Source: Acidobacteriota bacterium
GTDB taxonomy: Bacteria; Acidobacteriota; Vicinamibacteria; Vicinamibacterales; UBA2999
DNA: 64,000 nucleotides
Assembly (NCBI GenBank): GCA_030697165.1
Contig: JAUYQQ010000002.1
Coordinates: 257,193-321,192, forward strand
Direction: 5' to 3'
In this document: positions 41,401 to 50,453 of the stretch, one piece after another
Layout: every line of letters begins with the position of its first letter
Numbering within the stretch: the first letter of the stretch is position 1
Program-made: the position numbers and the translations under genes
The notes under the pieces: model-generated
Databases searched by the model: none
Seen by the model: only the letters and a program-made list of their open reading frames with translations
What the model was told of the DNA's origin: nothing

Positions 41401-43161
41401 CTAGTACCGCCAGCTCTTCAAGTCCGCACCGGCCGGCGCGGTCTTCAGCATCCGCTCGATGGCCTTGGGGATGAACATCTGGTGATAGCGCAGGCGCGAC
41501 AGCGCGTTCGGCCGCGTCTGATCGCCGTTCCAGCAGTGCTCGGCGCGATCGCCGTAGTCCACTTCGCCGCCGTACGGCGGCGAGGTCGTACTCTTCAGGA
41601 ACTCCTCGACCAGGTAGACGGCGTTGTTCAAGTAGTAGTTGTCCATGTCACCGACATAGATGTGGAGTTTCCCCTGCAGCTTCGCGCCAAGTCCCTTGTC
41701 CCAGTCGCGCCGCAGGATGTAGGAGAGATCGTAGTGGTCCCGCCAGTACTCGGCGACCGTCCGATCGATCGCGCCCGTGCGCCGGTCCCAGATGCGCGCG
41801 GGATACCCGTCGGGGCCGGCCGGTGAGTAGGTCGCCTCCCAGACGTCCCACTGCTGGCCCGACCGCGTCTTGGTGCCGAGCACCAGCTCGAGCTGGTTCA
41901 TCTCCTCGAGGGTCGCGTCGACGTGCCCGAGGTAATTGCGTCGCCCCGGCCGGGGCGTGCGCTTCCAGTCGCTGTCGATGTAGTAGGCGTTCGTGTCCTC
42001 GTAGAGATTGACGACCGTGAAGGCGCGGAAGTCGATCGGATCGGGACACGCGATGTAGGCGCCGTTGAAGTCGTCGGGATAGAACACCTGTGCGGCCATT
42101 GCCTCCCAGCCGCCGGTCGAGCCGCCATACATGAACCGCGACCATCCCTGCCCGAGGCCGCGATACTTCTGTTCGAGGTAGGGAATGAGCTCGCGCACGA
42201 TGGCGTCGCCGTATGGGCCCTGGTTGGCGGAGTTGACCGCGTAGCTGTCGTCGTAAAACGGCGTTGGATGCTGGATCTCGATCACGATCGCGCGCGGGAA
42301 GTTCGGTCCGGTCCACTCACGGTAGAAGTCGTAGGCGTGCTGCTGCTGGATGCGGTTGTAGCCCTCGAGGCGAAACCGCGCCGCAAAATCAGGCTTCAGG
42401 TTCGGATCGGGTGGCGTCTCCCGGAAGCCGGTGAACGTGTACGGAAAGTGGCCGTGATAGACGAACAGCGGATAGCGCGCGCCGGGGTTCGCCTCCCATC
42501 CCTCTGGCAGCAGCACGTTCGCGCCCAGGTGCATCGGGCGGCCCCAGAACTTCGTCAGCCGCTCGCTCTGAATCCGCTCATGCCGAATGTACTTGGTGTC
42601 GGCGGGCGGCGGAATAGGCGGGATCACCTGGTCGAGCACGACCTCGATGGCACCCCCACGCGCCGGATCGACGACGAGGCGCGCGGGCGTGGAGTAGAGA
42701 TTGCCGGGCGCGCGATTCCACTGCTGCCCCTCGCCGCGGTCCATCGGGAGCTTGACCGTGTGCCCGTCGGCCCGGCGAAACGTTTCGTAGCGGTGCAGCA
42801 GTGCCTGCACGGTGTAGGTCCCGGCCGGAATGTTCGCGAGGCTGGCAACCGGAAAGCCGAACACGCCCTCGTCCATCACCTGCGGCGTGCTGCCGCTCCA
42901 GCCATCCACATCGATGCCAAACACCGGCTGGGCGGTGGGTCCGTCCGACACCTGGAAGCGCGGTTCATCGCCTTCGCGCTTCGACAGCATGAGCAGCAAG
43001 CGGCCATCCAAGGGGGCGCTCGCGCGGTGCGGCGCGGCGATTGTGATCTGCACGCGCAGCGGTCCGCCGCCCTGCGCGACGAGCAGCGGCGAGCCGGCCA
43101 GCCACAGCCCGGCGGCCGCAGCGAGAAACGAGAGTAAACGGCGATGGAGGTACGGGCCCAT
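41401..43161 (-). CDS. secreted alpha/beta-hydrolase-like (esterase-type) protein
   Basis: Signal peptide; GxSxG-type YGGSTGGWEAMA. Lies 1 nt upstream of the M81 gene. Confidence 0.65.
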   Translation of the reverse strand: MGPYLHRRLLSFLAAAAGLWLAGSPLLVAQGGGPLRVQITIAAPHRASAPLDGRLLLMLSKREGDEPRFQVSDGPTAQPVFGIDVDGWSGSTPQVMDEGVFGFPVASLANIPAGTYTVQALLHRYETFRRADGHTVKLPMDRGEGQQWNRAPGNLYSTPARLVVDPARGGAIEVVLDQVIPPIPPPADTKYIRHERIQSERLTKFWGRPMHLGANVLLPEGWEANPGARYPLFVYHGHFPYTFTGFRETPPDPNLKPDFAARFRLEGYNRIQQQHAYDFYREWTGPNFPRAIVIEIQHPTPFYDDSYAVNSANQGPYGDAIVRELIPYLEQKYRGLGQGWSRFMYGGSTGGWEAMAAQVFYPDDFNGAYIACPDPIDFRAFTVVNLYEDTNAYYIDSDWKRTPRPGRRNYLGHVDATLEEMNQLELVLGTKTRSGQQWDVWEATYSPAGPDGYPARIWDRRTGAIDRTVAEYWRDHYDLSYILRRDWDKGLGAKLQGKLHIYVGDMDNYYLNNAVYLVEEFLKSTTSPPYGGEVDYGDRAEHCWNGDQTRPNALSRLRYHQMFIPKAIERMLKTAPAGADLKSWRY

Positions 43162-43167
43162 TGGCGG

Positions 43168-43173
43168 AGTATA
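43168..43173 (-). promoter_or_regulatory. -10-like TATACT, 6 nt upstream of the esterase-like ATG (leaderless candidate)
   Basis: Direct reading. Confidence 0.45.
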
Positions 43174-43236
43174 GACCCATCCGCGACCATGGGAACTTCA
43201 TGGTCAATCAAGGTCACCCGCCAGGGCGCCAGTCGA

Positions 43237-44913
43237 TCAGCGCGGCGGCAACGGTCGCCCCGCCTGCAGTTCGCGCACCATGCGGTCGTCGCCGGTCAGC
43301 TCCCAGTAGATCAGCGACGGCGGGATCATGCCGGCCTGGTTGATCTCGTCCATCACGCGCTGCAGCGTGAAGGCGTCGCCCAGCTGGCGCGCGCGTTCGG
43401 CGATGATCTCCTCCATCAACCGGCCCCCCGTGATGTAGCTGGCGCCGTAGCCGGGCTGTCGCAGGTAGAGGTGTTGTTCGAAGCCCAGCAGCGGATCGCG
43501 CCGCATCCAGCCGCGCGGGGTCCAGTTGACGTGGATGTCGGCGGCCTGCGCCATGGTCAGGTCGTTGGCGTGCGCGTAGAGGTTGCCGAGGCCGCGCGCC
43601 GCGCGCGTGATCAGCATGATCCAGACAATCTCGCGCGACCGCGGCGACTCGTCGTACAAGCCCGCGTGCATCATCCACTCTTCCATCGCCGTCGCCGTGC
43701 CCTCGGCACGGCTCATCCACACGTTGTAGAGCAGCGCCTGGCGGCGAATCGGGTTGGCATGCGGCGCCATCCGGATGCGCATGTTGTCCCACCAGTGATA
43801 CAGGTGCGTCCACAGCGGAATGGGGTCGCGCTGGGTCGCCTGCATGAAGAAGTTGCGATTGGCCTCGGCCGCGAACGGCGCCGTCCGCTCGCGCATGGCG
43901 TGCTCCATCCACGGCTCCATGGTCAGGATGCGGTTGTCGGCCATCCACTTCAGGTAACGCGGAATCGCCTTCTCCTGCAGCGCGGCGTACGCCTCAGGCG
44001 TGTCGGCCACCGGCAGCGGTGGCAGGTTCCGGTTGCGGTTCTCTTCGAGCCGCAGCGACGCGTGCCCGCGCGCCAGTTCGCGACGCAGGATCGTGACCTC
44101 GTCCTCCCACGACAGCGGCGCCAGCAGCACGTTACGCAGATACCAGGTGTACTGCTCCTTGCCGATGCCGGAAGGCCCCGTCTTCTTCGGCGCCTCGGTT
44201 CGCAGCCAGTCGGCGAAGCTGTCGGTGGCGGCCCGGGCCGCTTCTGCCGCGCTCGCCAGCGCCCCATCACTTGCCGGCACGCGCATGGCCAGAGTCCGTA
44301 ACGCCGCGCTTTGATCTTCGAAAGCCCGCACGCCGCCGACCCACAGGTCTTTGGCATTGGCCGCCGCGAGGTTCTCGCGAGCCGCGGCCAGCAACGGTGC
44401 CACGGTTCGCAGCTTCGTCGCCAGCTCGGCCGACTGCGCGGCAGAGAGCGGCTGAACGACGTCGAGACCGGTGCGCGGCCAGATCGGATAGTCGTACAGC
44501 TTGAGCGCGCCGTGGATCACCGGCCCTTCCTTGGCCGGCGTGTCGCTTTCGCTGGTGACGATCGAGGCGTAGTACGCGGGATCGCGCGCGAACGGCTGCA
44601 GCACCCGCAGGTGATACTCGAGCCCGTTCATCTCGGCGCGCACCAGGTGGTGATCGACCTGTTGGGGGATCGACCAGCCCGCCTGGTTGATTGCCTGCAG
44701 CCGCGCTTGCAGCTTGCCCAGTTCGGCCAGCCGGCGGGCATTGGTGGCCGGCGAGTAGTCGGGAATGCCGCCGTTCACGCGCGGCGGCTCTTCGAAAGCC
44801 CGCCAGTCGGCGAACACGCTGAGCAGTTGCGGATAGGTGGACGCGGGGGACTGGGCGCCAAGCACGCCAGCCGACAGGATCAAGAGTGCGCCAAGCAGCC
44901 CGTATTTCATCAT
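43237..44913 (-). CDS. DUF885-like secreted protein
   Basis: Length, signal peptide (MMKYGLLGALLILSAGVLGAQS) and the C-terminal EEWMMHAGLY..TRAARGLGN region resemble DUF885. I could not see the canonical HExxPGHH motif. Confidence 0.55.
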   Translation of the reverse strand: MMKYGLLGALLILSAGVLGAQSPASTYPQLLSVFADWRAFEEPPRVNGGIPDYSPATNARRLAELGKLQARLQAINQAGWSIPQQVDHHLVRAEMNGLEYHLRVLQPFARDPAYYASIVTSESDTPAKEGPVIHGALKLYDYPIWPRTGLDVVQPLSAAQSAELATKLRTVAPLLAAARENLAAANAKDLWVGGVRAFEDQSAALRTLAMRVPASDGALASAAEAARAATDSFADWLRTEAPKKTGPSGIGKEQYTWYLRNVLLAPLSWEDEVTILRRELARGHASLRLEENRNRNLPPLPVADTPEAYAALQEKAIPRYLKWMADNRILTMEPWMEHAMRERTAPFAAEANRNFFMQATQRDPIPLWTHLYHWWDNMRIRMAPHANPIRRQALLYNVWMSRAEGTATAMEEWMMHAGLYDESPRSREIVWIMLITRAARGLGNLYAHANDLTMAQAADIHVNWTPRGWMRRDPLLGFEQHLYLRQPGYGASYITGGRLMEEIIAERARQLGDAFTLQRVMDEINQAGMIPPSLIYWELTGDDRMVRELQAGRPLPPR

Positions 44914-44937
44914 CGTCTCTCTCAAGTCTTACTGACC

Positions 44938-45093
44938 CGTCTGTGTCTAATCGGTGTCAATCGGTGGCCCGTCGATCGTCTGTGTCTAATCGGTGTCAAT
45001 CGGTGGCCCGTCGATCGTCTGTGTCTAATCGGTGTCAATCAGTGGCCCGTCGATCGTCTGTGTCTAATCGGTGTCAATCAGTGGCCTGGCGAT
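44938..45093. repeat. 4 x 39-bp tandem repeat (CGTCTGTGTCTAATCGGTGTCAATCGGTGGCCCGTCGAT)
   Basis: Units at 44938, 44977, 45016 and 45055. Units 3 and 4 have G>A (AATCAGTGG) and unit 4 diverges at its end. Unit 4 contains the stop and last ~8 codons of the AKR-RidA gene. Confidence 0.95.
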
Positions 45094-46539
45094 TGCGTCG
45101 GCTTCGACTTCCACCAGGTACTCGTCTCCGATTAATTCGGCGCCAACCAGCGTGTTGGCCGGCTGAATCCTGCCGAAACGCTCGCCGTGGGCGCGCGCCA
45201 CCGCTTCCCAGTCGCGGACGTGCCGGACGTACACCCGGGTCCGCACCACGTCGGTGAGCGCCGCTCCAAGCGACTGCAGCGCGCCCTCGACCTTGTCGAT
45301 CGCAAAGTGCGTCTGCGAGGCGGCGTCCTGCCCGCCAATGGCCCGGTCGCCAAGCGTGGCGGTAGTGCCCGACACGGCGATGTGCTGCCCGTGGCGAATC
45401 GCCCTCGCAAAACCAGCGGCGGTCTCCCACACCGTGCCGCTGAGGCAACGCGTCCGGCCATCGGCGCCGGCGCGTGTCTCGTATGGGGCCGGCATGCTCT
45501 GGAGGTGATGGCTGAGATCGCCCGAGGCCGTGAGGAACGGCGGCGTGCGGTACTCGTCGCCGCAGTCGCCAGGGATCGGCGCAAGCGTCTGGAGCGCGGT
45601 GCGGATGTCGGCGCGGTCTTCGTCCGAAAGCGAAAACGAGAACAACCGCAGCGTATCGTCGATGTGGGCCCGCTCGCCGAGTCTCGCGCCGACAATCACG
45701 CCGGCCACGCCCGGTTGATCGAGGATGTAGCGGGTCGCGATGTTCGCGATCGAGACCCCGTGCCTGGTTGCCACCACCTTGGCCGCGGCGAGCACGCGTT
45801 GCAGCGCGTCCCATCCTCCGGCCACGCGCAGGAACCGTCCGTACTTCATCATCGACCACGTGCCCGTGCGTTCCCAGTCGGGCTCGGGCTGGCCGAGCCA
45901 CTTCTCGGTCAGCCACCCGCCGGCCACGGTCCCGTAAGCCAGCAGGCCAACGCCGCTGACCTCGCAGTAGGGCGCCAGGCCAGCGGCGGCGCGCTGATCG
46001 AGCAGCGAGAACGAGACCTGGTTCGACACCACCTCGATCCCGCTGTTCCTGACCATCCGCAGGTGCGCGGTGTCGACATTGGTCAGTCCGAGTTGGCGAA
46101 TCAGGCCTTCACGCTTCAGGTCCTGCAGGTCATAGAGGGTCTCGAGCCAACTGGGGTCGGCGTAGTTCCACGCGTGGTACTGCAGCAGGTCGAGCGACTC
46201 CGCCTGCAACCGGGCGAGGGCCCGCTCGACGGCGGTGCGCACCTCGGCCTTCGAGACGCGGCCCGGCTTCGGCACCCATTTCGTGAGGCACTGCACTGTG
46301 CCGGTGTCACGCGACCGGAAGATCCCCGCCACCAGTTCCGCCGACCCATAGTGATCGGCCATGTCGAATGTCGTCAGGCCCGCATCCACATACGGCTGCA
46401 TCGCGGTAGCCGTGCGTGCGAGATCGATCGCGCGGCCATCGCGTTCCATGTCGGCGAGCTGCCACAAGCCGGTCAGCACGCGCGAGATGGAAAGACCTGG
46501 CGCGAGATCGATTCGTGGAACCGGGAGAAACTGTGCCAT
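45064..46539 (-). CDS. aldo/keto reductase fused to a RidA/YjgF (L-PSP) domain (491 aa)
   Basis: AKR part (FDMADHYGSAE, LGLTNV, YILDQPGVAGVIVGAR). C-terminal RidA-like part (IAVSGTTA..VVRTRVYV..ANTLVGAELI..LVEVEADA). Starts 5 nt after the permease stop. Confidence 0.85.
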   Translation of the reverse strand: MAQFLPVPRIDLAPGLSISRVLTGLWQLADMERDGRAIDLARTATAMQPYVDAGLTTFDMADHYGSAELVAGIFRSRDTGTVQCLTKWVPKPGRVSKAEVRTAVERALARLQAESLDLLQYHAWNYADPSWLETLYDLQDLKREGLIRQLGLTNVDTAHLRMVRNSGIEVVSNQVSFSLLDQRAAAGLAPYCEVSGVGLLAYGTVAGGWLTEKWLGQPEPDWERTGTWSMMKYGRFLRVAGGWDALQRVLAAAKVVATRHGVSIANIATRYILDQPGVAGVIVGARLGERAHIDDTLRLFSFSLSDEDRADIRTALQTLAPIPGDCGDEYRTPPFLTASGDLSHHLQSMPAPYETRAGADGRTRCLSGTVWETAAGFARAIRHGQHIAVSGTTATLGDRAIGGQDAASQTHFAIDKVEGALQSLGAALTDVVRTRVYVRHVRDWEAVARAHGERFGRIQPANTLVGAELIGDEYLVEVEADAIARPLIDTD

Positions 46540-46544
46540 GCGGC

Positions 46545-48032
46545 TTACTCCGGCGGCAGTGCCGCAAAACGCGCCGGCAGGTCCACGCCTGCGGCCTTGA
46601 GCTTGGCGACTTCGCGCCAATAGATGACAGTGCCGGCCGCCATCACGGCCATCCACAGCCAGGTTGAACGGAAGTACCACGCCGCGGCCGGTGCCGTCAG
46701 GTCCTTGACGGTGTGGATCGCGAGGAAGCCTCCGATCACGACCACAGCGAGCACCGCGAGCGGCACGCGATGCGCCGGGTTGGGCAGCACCGTGACCGCG
46801 CTCGCAAGCAGCGGGTTCTTCCCCGGCAGCGTCAGCACCGAGACCGCCATCAACAGGAAGTTGACCAGCATCGCCGTGACGAGAATGTCCACCCCGAGAA
46901 AGAAGTCGCCGGCGAGGTGACTGCCGAGGATGCCGAGCGTCGCCATCACGCCGCTGGCGACGACGGCGACGTGCGGGGTGCGATGGCGCGGATGCACGGC
47001 GGCGACGGCCTTGGGGAAGATGCCGTCCTCGGCCCACGCGAACATCAGCCGCGAGGTCGCCAGCAGCATGGCCGGCAGGTCCTTCGCGAGCGCCACCGCG
47101 GCCGCCGACACGATCACCACCGTCCAGAACGGCGGCAGCAGGTAGCCGAGCAGACCCGGCGCCGTCACGTCGCGCCGCAGCGCCTCGTCTGCGACGTACT
47201 GCCAAGGCACCGCGTGATACACGGCGGCGGTGAACAGGAGATAGAAGAGCGCGACCGAACCGACCGCGAGGCCGATCGCCAGCGGCAGGTTGCGGCCAGG
47301 GTTGCGGGCCTCGCCGCCGGCTTGCGCAATCGCGTCGAAGCCGATGAACGACGCGAACAGCACCGCCGATGCCGACAGGAACGGCCACAGCTCGAAGCGG
47401 CTCGGCATGTCCGGAATCGCCCGGCCCTCGCGCGCCATCAGGGCAGTGGCGAAGTCGTTGGCACCAAACCAGAAGCCCGCCACGATCACCACGGCGCCGA
47501 GCGCGAAGGTCAGGAACATCAGCGGCACCACCAATCGCTGGTAGAACGCGATGCCGCGCAGGTTGGCGGCGACCGCTGCCCACAGCACGCCGAGCGAGAT
47601 CGTCAGCCGCACCGGACCGGTTTCGAGCGCGGCCGCCACGCCCGGCCACGCCGCGGCCACCGCGATGTCGCGAATGAAGGGCACCAACACGTACGACACC
47701 ACACCGATGGCCACGCACAACGCAAACCACTGCGAGAACGAGGCGACGAAGCCCAGGTAGGGGCTCAAGCCGCGGCTCGCATAGACGTAGCTGCCACCGG
47801 CGCGCGGCATGGCCGACGCCAGGATCGCGTAGGCCAGTCCGGCCAGGATGGCCGGCAGCGCCGCGAACAGAAATGCCGGCAGCACGTACGGGCCAATGCC
47901 CGGCACGTTGCGCTGAATCATGAACGGGATGATGTTGATGCCGGCGCCGACCATGGCGCAGACGCCGGTCGCCGTCAGTCCCAGCACACCCATCTCGCGG
48001 GCGAGCGTGGCCCGACCGGTAGGTTCCGACAT
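46545..48032 (-). CDS. APC-superfamily amino acid permease
   Basis: 495 aa, 12 TM, LGLTATGVCAMVGAGINIIPF N-terminal signature. Confidence 0.9.
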   Translation of the reverse strand: MSEPTGRATLAREMGVLGLTATGVCAMVGAGINIIPFMIQRNVPGIGPYVLPAFLFAALPAILAGLAYAILASAMPRAGGSYVYASRGLSPYLGFVASFSQWFALCVAIGVVSYVLVPFIRDIAVAAAWPGVAAALETGPVRLTISLGVLWAAVAANLRGIAFYQRLVVPLMFLTFALGAVVIVAGFWFGANDFATALMAREGRAIPDMPSRFELWPFLSASAVLFASFIGFDAIAQAGGEARNPGRNLPLAIGLAVGSVALFYLLFTAAVYHAVPWQYVADEALRRDVTAPGLLGYLLPPFWTVVIVSAAAVALAKDLPAMLLATSRLMFAWAEDGIFPKAVAAVHPRHRTPHVAVVASGVMATLGILGSHLAGDFFLGVDILVTAMLVNFLLMAVSVLTLPGKNPLLASAVTVLPNPAHRVPLAVLAVVVIGGFLAIHTVKDLTAPAAAWYFRSTWLWMAVMAAGTVIYWREVAKLKAAGVDLPARFAALPPE

Positions 48033-48041
48033 GGAGCGGCC

Positions 48042-48047
48042 AGTATA
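48042..48047 (-). promoter_or_regulatory. -10-like TATACT, 9 nt upstream of the APC permease ATG
   Basis: Direct reading, within a 34-bp divergent intergenic region. Confidence 0.4.
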
Positions 48048-48054
48048 GCCGTTG

Positions 48055-48060
48055 TACTAT
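48055..48060 (+). promoter_or_regulatory. -10-like TACTAT, 6 nt upstream of the S9 peptidase ATG 48067 (leaderless candidate)
   Basis: Direct reading. Confidence 0.4.
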
Positions 48061-48066
48061 TCGTCG

Positions 48067-50343
48067 ATGTTGACTGCCCCGCGCTCTGTGCTGTTCGCGA
48101 TCCTCTTTGGGCTGCCGGTCGTACCTGCTGTCGCTCAGCCAGTCGCACCGCTGACGCTCGCGCAAGTCACCTCGCGACCGAGCGTAATCGGCACGCCGCC
48201 CGCCGCGCCCGCGTGGTCACCCGACAGCCGGCGCCTGGTCTTTGCTTGGAACGATCGCGGCCTGCCATTTCGCGATCTCTGGATCGTCGCGGCCGACGGC
48301 GGCGGATTGCGCCGGCTCACCGATCTCGATCGCACCCATCCCTCGCCGCCACCACCGGACGGGCGATCGACCGCGGCACTCGCGGCACAAGCGGCGGCAC
48401 GCGCGCGCGGCGGCGTGGGCGAATACCTGTGGCTGCGCGACGGCCGCACCTTGCTCTTCACGTCCGCGGGCGCTGCTTATCGTCTCGATGCCGACGGCGG
48501 CATGCCGGCACGGCTCGACCTTGGGGGCGCCGCGTCGAACCTGGCGGTGTCGCCGGATGGCACGCGGCTGGCTTTCCTGCGCGCCGGCGACCTGTGGCTG
48601 TGGCCTCTGGATGCCAGCGCGCCTCCGTTGCGGCTGACCGAGGTCGCGGTGCCGGGCATCGCACGTGTACCGCTCGGCACCTACAACCGTGCCGATGTCG
48701 AGATCGGCACCGGCATCTGGGGCGCGAGCTGGCGCCCGTTCGCGTGGGCGCCCGACGGCAAGTCGATGGTTCTCCACCAGGTCGATCGCCGCCACATCCG
48801 CCGCGTGCCGTTTCCGTCGTACCTCGGCGACGAGACCATCGCCAGCGAGTTGCGCCGCGGCTATCCCGGTGACGAGAACGAACGTCGCACCCTGCATGTC
48901 CTCAATCTCGCGACTCGCGCCATGCGACCGATCGCACTCGAGGCGCCCGGCTACCGGGCGGTCAGCGACTTTCAATGGGCGCCCGACGGCCGGCTGCTGA
49001 TCGATCGGGTGTCAGACACCGGCACCGATCGGTGGCTGTCGGTCCTGGATCCAGGCGCGACCACGCCACGAGTGGTGTGGCACGACCAGCGCGACACGCG
49101 CATCTATCCCTCCTACGCCGCCCGCTGGCACCCCGACGGCCGCCGCATCGTCGTCCTGGCGGATCTCGTGGAGCGCGATCACCTTTACACCATCGATACA
49201 ACCGTTACAGCCGCGACGCCGGTCGCGCTGACCTCAGGCCCGTGGGACGTGACCGCGCTCGTCGAGATCGCGGCCGACGGCGCAGTGATCTTCACCAGCA
49301 CGCAGAAGAACGCCTATGAACGTCAGGTCTATCGCGCGGCACCGGGTGGCGCGGCGCCGGTTGCCCTGACCACCCTGGCGACCGGGCCGGTCGCCCTGAC
49401 GACGCTGGCCGGCACGCACGCGCCGGTGATGTCCCCCGACGGCCGCCACCTCGCCACGATCTGGACCGATGATGTGACGCCGCCGGAACTGATGATCGCG
49501 GCGAGCGGCTCGGCCACCGCGCGTCGTGTCACCACCTCGCCGCTGCCCGAGTTCTCGCGCCACGCGTGGGCCCGTCCTCGCTACGCAACCTATACCAACG
49601 CCGTTGACGGCTTCGTCGTGCATGCGCGCATTCTCGAACCGCCCGCGCTCGACAAGGCCCGCCGCCATCCCGTGATTTTCGGGCCGGTCTACTCGAATAC
49701 CGTGCGCAATCGCTGGAATGGCCTGGCTGGAACACTCCAGCAGTTCCTCGTCCAGCAGGGTTACATCGTCGTGCAGGTGGATGTGCGGGGAAGCGTCGGC
49801 TACGGTCGCGCGTTCCGCGAGGCGTTCCTGATGGACTACGGCGGCAAGGACCTCGACGATCTGCAGGCGGTGGTCGATGGCCTGAAGGCGATGCCGTATG
49901 TCGACGGTGACCGCATCGGCATCTGGGGCAGCAGCTACGGCGGGTTGCTCTCGGTCTATGCGCTGCTGAAGCGGCCCGGGGTCTACGCCGCCGGTGTCGC
50001 CGGCGCACCGGCCGTGGATCCGCACGCGTTCGGACCGGATGACATCGCGATCACCCGGACCCCGGCGTCGCATCCCGAGGCGTTCGTGCGGGGATCGGCG
50101 CTCCATCTCGGCGACGAGTTGCGCGATCCGCTGTTGATCATCCACGGCCTGATGGACGATGTGGTCCCGTTCCGCACGACCATGGCGCTGGCGGAGCGGT
50201 TGATGCTGCTCGGCAAGGATTTTGATGTCGCGACCGCGCCCGCCGCAACGCACGCGTGGACGGCGCGCGAGCACTACGCAACGTATTTCTACCGCAAGCT
50301 CGTGCAGTTTTTCGACCGCCACCTGAAGGGCCAGACCCCTTAA
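48067..50343 (+). CDS. S9-family serine peptidase (prolyl oligopeptidase/DPP-like) with N-terminal beta-propeller
   Basis: Signal peptide MLTAPRSVLFAILFGLPVVPAVAQP, SPDG propeller repeats, nucleophile elbow GIWGSSYGG, later IIHGLMDDVV and a C-terminal His. Confidence 0.85.
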   Translation: MLTAPRSVLFAILFGLPVVPAVAQPVAPLTLAQVTSRPSVIGTPPAAPAWSPDSRRLVFAWNDRGLPFRDLWIVAADGGGLRRLTDLDRTHPSPPPPDGRSTAALAAQAAARARGGVGEYLWLRDGRTLLFTSAGAAYRLDADGGMPARLDLGGAASNLAVSPDGTRLAFLRAGDLWLWPLDASAPPLRLTEVAVPGIARVPLGTYNRADVEIGTGIWGASWRPFAWAPDGKSMVLHQVDRRHIRRVPFPSYLGDETIASELRRGYPGDENERRTLHVLNLATRAMRPIALEAPGYRAVSDFQWAPDGRLLIDRVSDTGTDRWLSVLDPGATTPRVVWHDQRDTRIYPSYAARWHPDGRRIVVLADLVERDHLYTIDTTVTAATPVALTSGPWDVTALVEIAADGAVIFTSTQKNAYERQVYRAAPGGAAPVALTTLATGPVALTTLAGTHAPVMSPDGRHLATIWTDDVTPPELMIAASGSATARRVTTSPLPEFSRHAWARPRYATYTNAVDGFVVHARILEPPALDKARRHPVIFGPVYSNTVRNRWNGLAGTLQQFLVQQGYIVVQVDVRGSVGYGRAFREAFLMDYGGKDLDDLQAVVDGLKAMPYVDGDRIGIWGSSYGGLLSVYALLKRPGVYAAGVAGAPAVDPHAFGPDDIAITRTPASHPEAFVRGSALHLGDELRDPLLIIHGLMDDVVPFRTTMALAERLMLLGKDFDVATAPAATHAWTAREHYATYFYRKLVQFFDRHLKGQTP

Positions 50344-50453
50344 AACGACGATTTTGGCCGCTTTTGCGCAATTCTGACCTCTGCCGGGGCGGACCTCTTG
50401 CCTGTTCACATTTAGAGGCAATTGGCCTTAGAATCCCGGTTTGAGGTAGCCAG

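Noticed and set aside
44886-45257. Plus-strand ORF encoding four 13-aa repeats (SVSNRCQSVARRS).
   Set aside because: It is simply the translation of the 39-bp tandem repeat. It starts inside the DUF885-like gene and ends inside the AKR-RidA gene on the opposite strand, with no ribosome-binding site and an Arg/Ser-rich composition.
45064-48165. A 1033-aa ORF that looks like one giant protein.
   Set aside because: Only the C-terminal 491 aa (from ATG 46539) have AKR and RidA motifs. The upstream part overlaps the well-supported APC permease in another frame and is low-complexity.
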